From Chiloscyllium plagiosum (Eukaryota), in contig NC_057758.1 of assembly GCF_004010195.1 (NCBI RefSeq), positions 6,255,829-6,318,914 on the forward strand: a DNA stretch of 63,086 nt, given 5' to 3'. Below are positions 62,115 through 63,086 of this stretch, one piece after another; positions within the stretch are counted from its first letter, which is position 1, and each line of letters starts with the position of its first letter. A program made the translations under genes and the position numbers. The notes beneath the pieces were generated by a model. It did no database searches and was not told where the DNA came from. It worked only from the letters and a program-made list of their open reading frames with translations.

Positions 62115-63086
62115 CCTATGAAACTGTGTAACAACTTTCAGAAATCTATGTGCATGGACATCGAGACGTCTCTGATCATTCACACTACCCAGGGCATTAC
62201 CATTATCCCAGTCCGCTCCATTCCTGTATCTCGTTTCAATGTGAATCACCTCAAAAGTTTCCACATTATACTCCATTTGCCACCTCTCAGTCCAGCTTTC
62301 CAACTTCTCTATGTCCCTCTGTCACCAGCAACGTCCTTCCACACTGTCAACATCTCGACCGAGTTTAGGATTATTGGCAAGTTTACTAACCCATCCTGCT
62401 TCCCCCCGATCCAGGTCATCCAGAAAATCAGCAGTCTTCCTCAAGCAGATGCTTGTGGCACACCAGTACGAATTGAACTCAATGGTTCTGGAAACATGAG
62501 AAACATGAGAAGGCTCAGGTGGGACGCTTAAGCGTTACTAGTTCACAGGAAGGAGCAAATGAGAGAGCTAAGAAGAGCCAGTAGGGGAGATGAGATGTCT
62601 TTTTATCATTGAGGCAATTTCTGAATCAAACCGCAAAACCACATTTAATCCCATGCCTCTGTATTTTCTGCAATAGCCTACTATGGAGAATCTCATCCAC
62701 GCTCTACTGAAATCCACGTACACCATGTGAACGGTTTTATCCTCATCCATCAATTTTACCATCTTCTGAAAGTTCTCAAAAAGATTTGTGAGGCATGGCG
62801 AACCCTTCTCAAAACCGTGTTGACGATATGGTCACAGAAATTTGAGGGTGCAAACATGAGGATCAGTGGTCGGCACAACACCATGGTCTGAAGGGCCTGT
62901 TCTGTGCTGTACTGTTCTATGTTCTATGTTCTATGTTCTATCCCTAAACAAATAATTAGTATCCAGATTATTATAATTCCGATTTCTTGCAATCCGATCA
63001 CAACCTTTGCACAAGAGAAGAAAGGTTTCCTGGTCCATAATTACCAGTGTTGCATCTAAACACCTTCTTGATCACAGGAACAACAT
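62115..63086 (-). mobile_element. CR1 RT fragments, with a nested plus-strand CR1 3' end at about 62830-62941
   Basis: WTERWQMEYNVETFEVIHI and MDEDKTVHMVYVDFSRA. The nested piece ends in (TTCTATG)n. Confidence 0.75.

Noticed and set aside
1..63086. CRISPR arrays, prokaryotic operons or viral genes
   Set aside because: No repeat-spacer array or dense coding region; all repeats are two-copy duplications, microsatellites or vertebrate retroelements.

Overview
Eukaryotic, repeat-dense DNA, most likely from a shark or other elasmobranch. This is inferred from HE1-type V-SINEs, CR1/HER1-like LINEs with (TTCTATG)n tails, several Penelope-like element (PLE) families and a Gmr1-like Gypsy remnant. 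Most of the window is decayed mobile-element sequence, with one 500-N gap (36865-37364). The host content is a small cluster of two-exon class A GPCR genes of the GPR139/GPR142-like type. Gene A (exons 22899-23127 + 28865-29763, 375 aa) looks intact. Gene B (exons 47857-48037 + 50448-51508) has its splice donor changed from GT to AT. Its reading frame also runs into an inverted remnant of a third paralog (about 51360-51530, minus strand), so its main exon is enclosed by an inverted repeat. Exon 1 of gene A is built from four exactly spaced 42-nt (14-aa) units preceded by an in-frame ATG-TGA. Other notable structure: minimal hammerhead-ribozyme cores in PLE terminal repeats, a templated insertion with duplicated flank, five short tandem duplications, a 164-bp palindrome and an orphan signal-peptide-like exon. 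All calls were made by eye; no database searches were run, and repeat boundaries are approximate.
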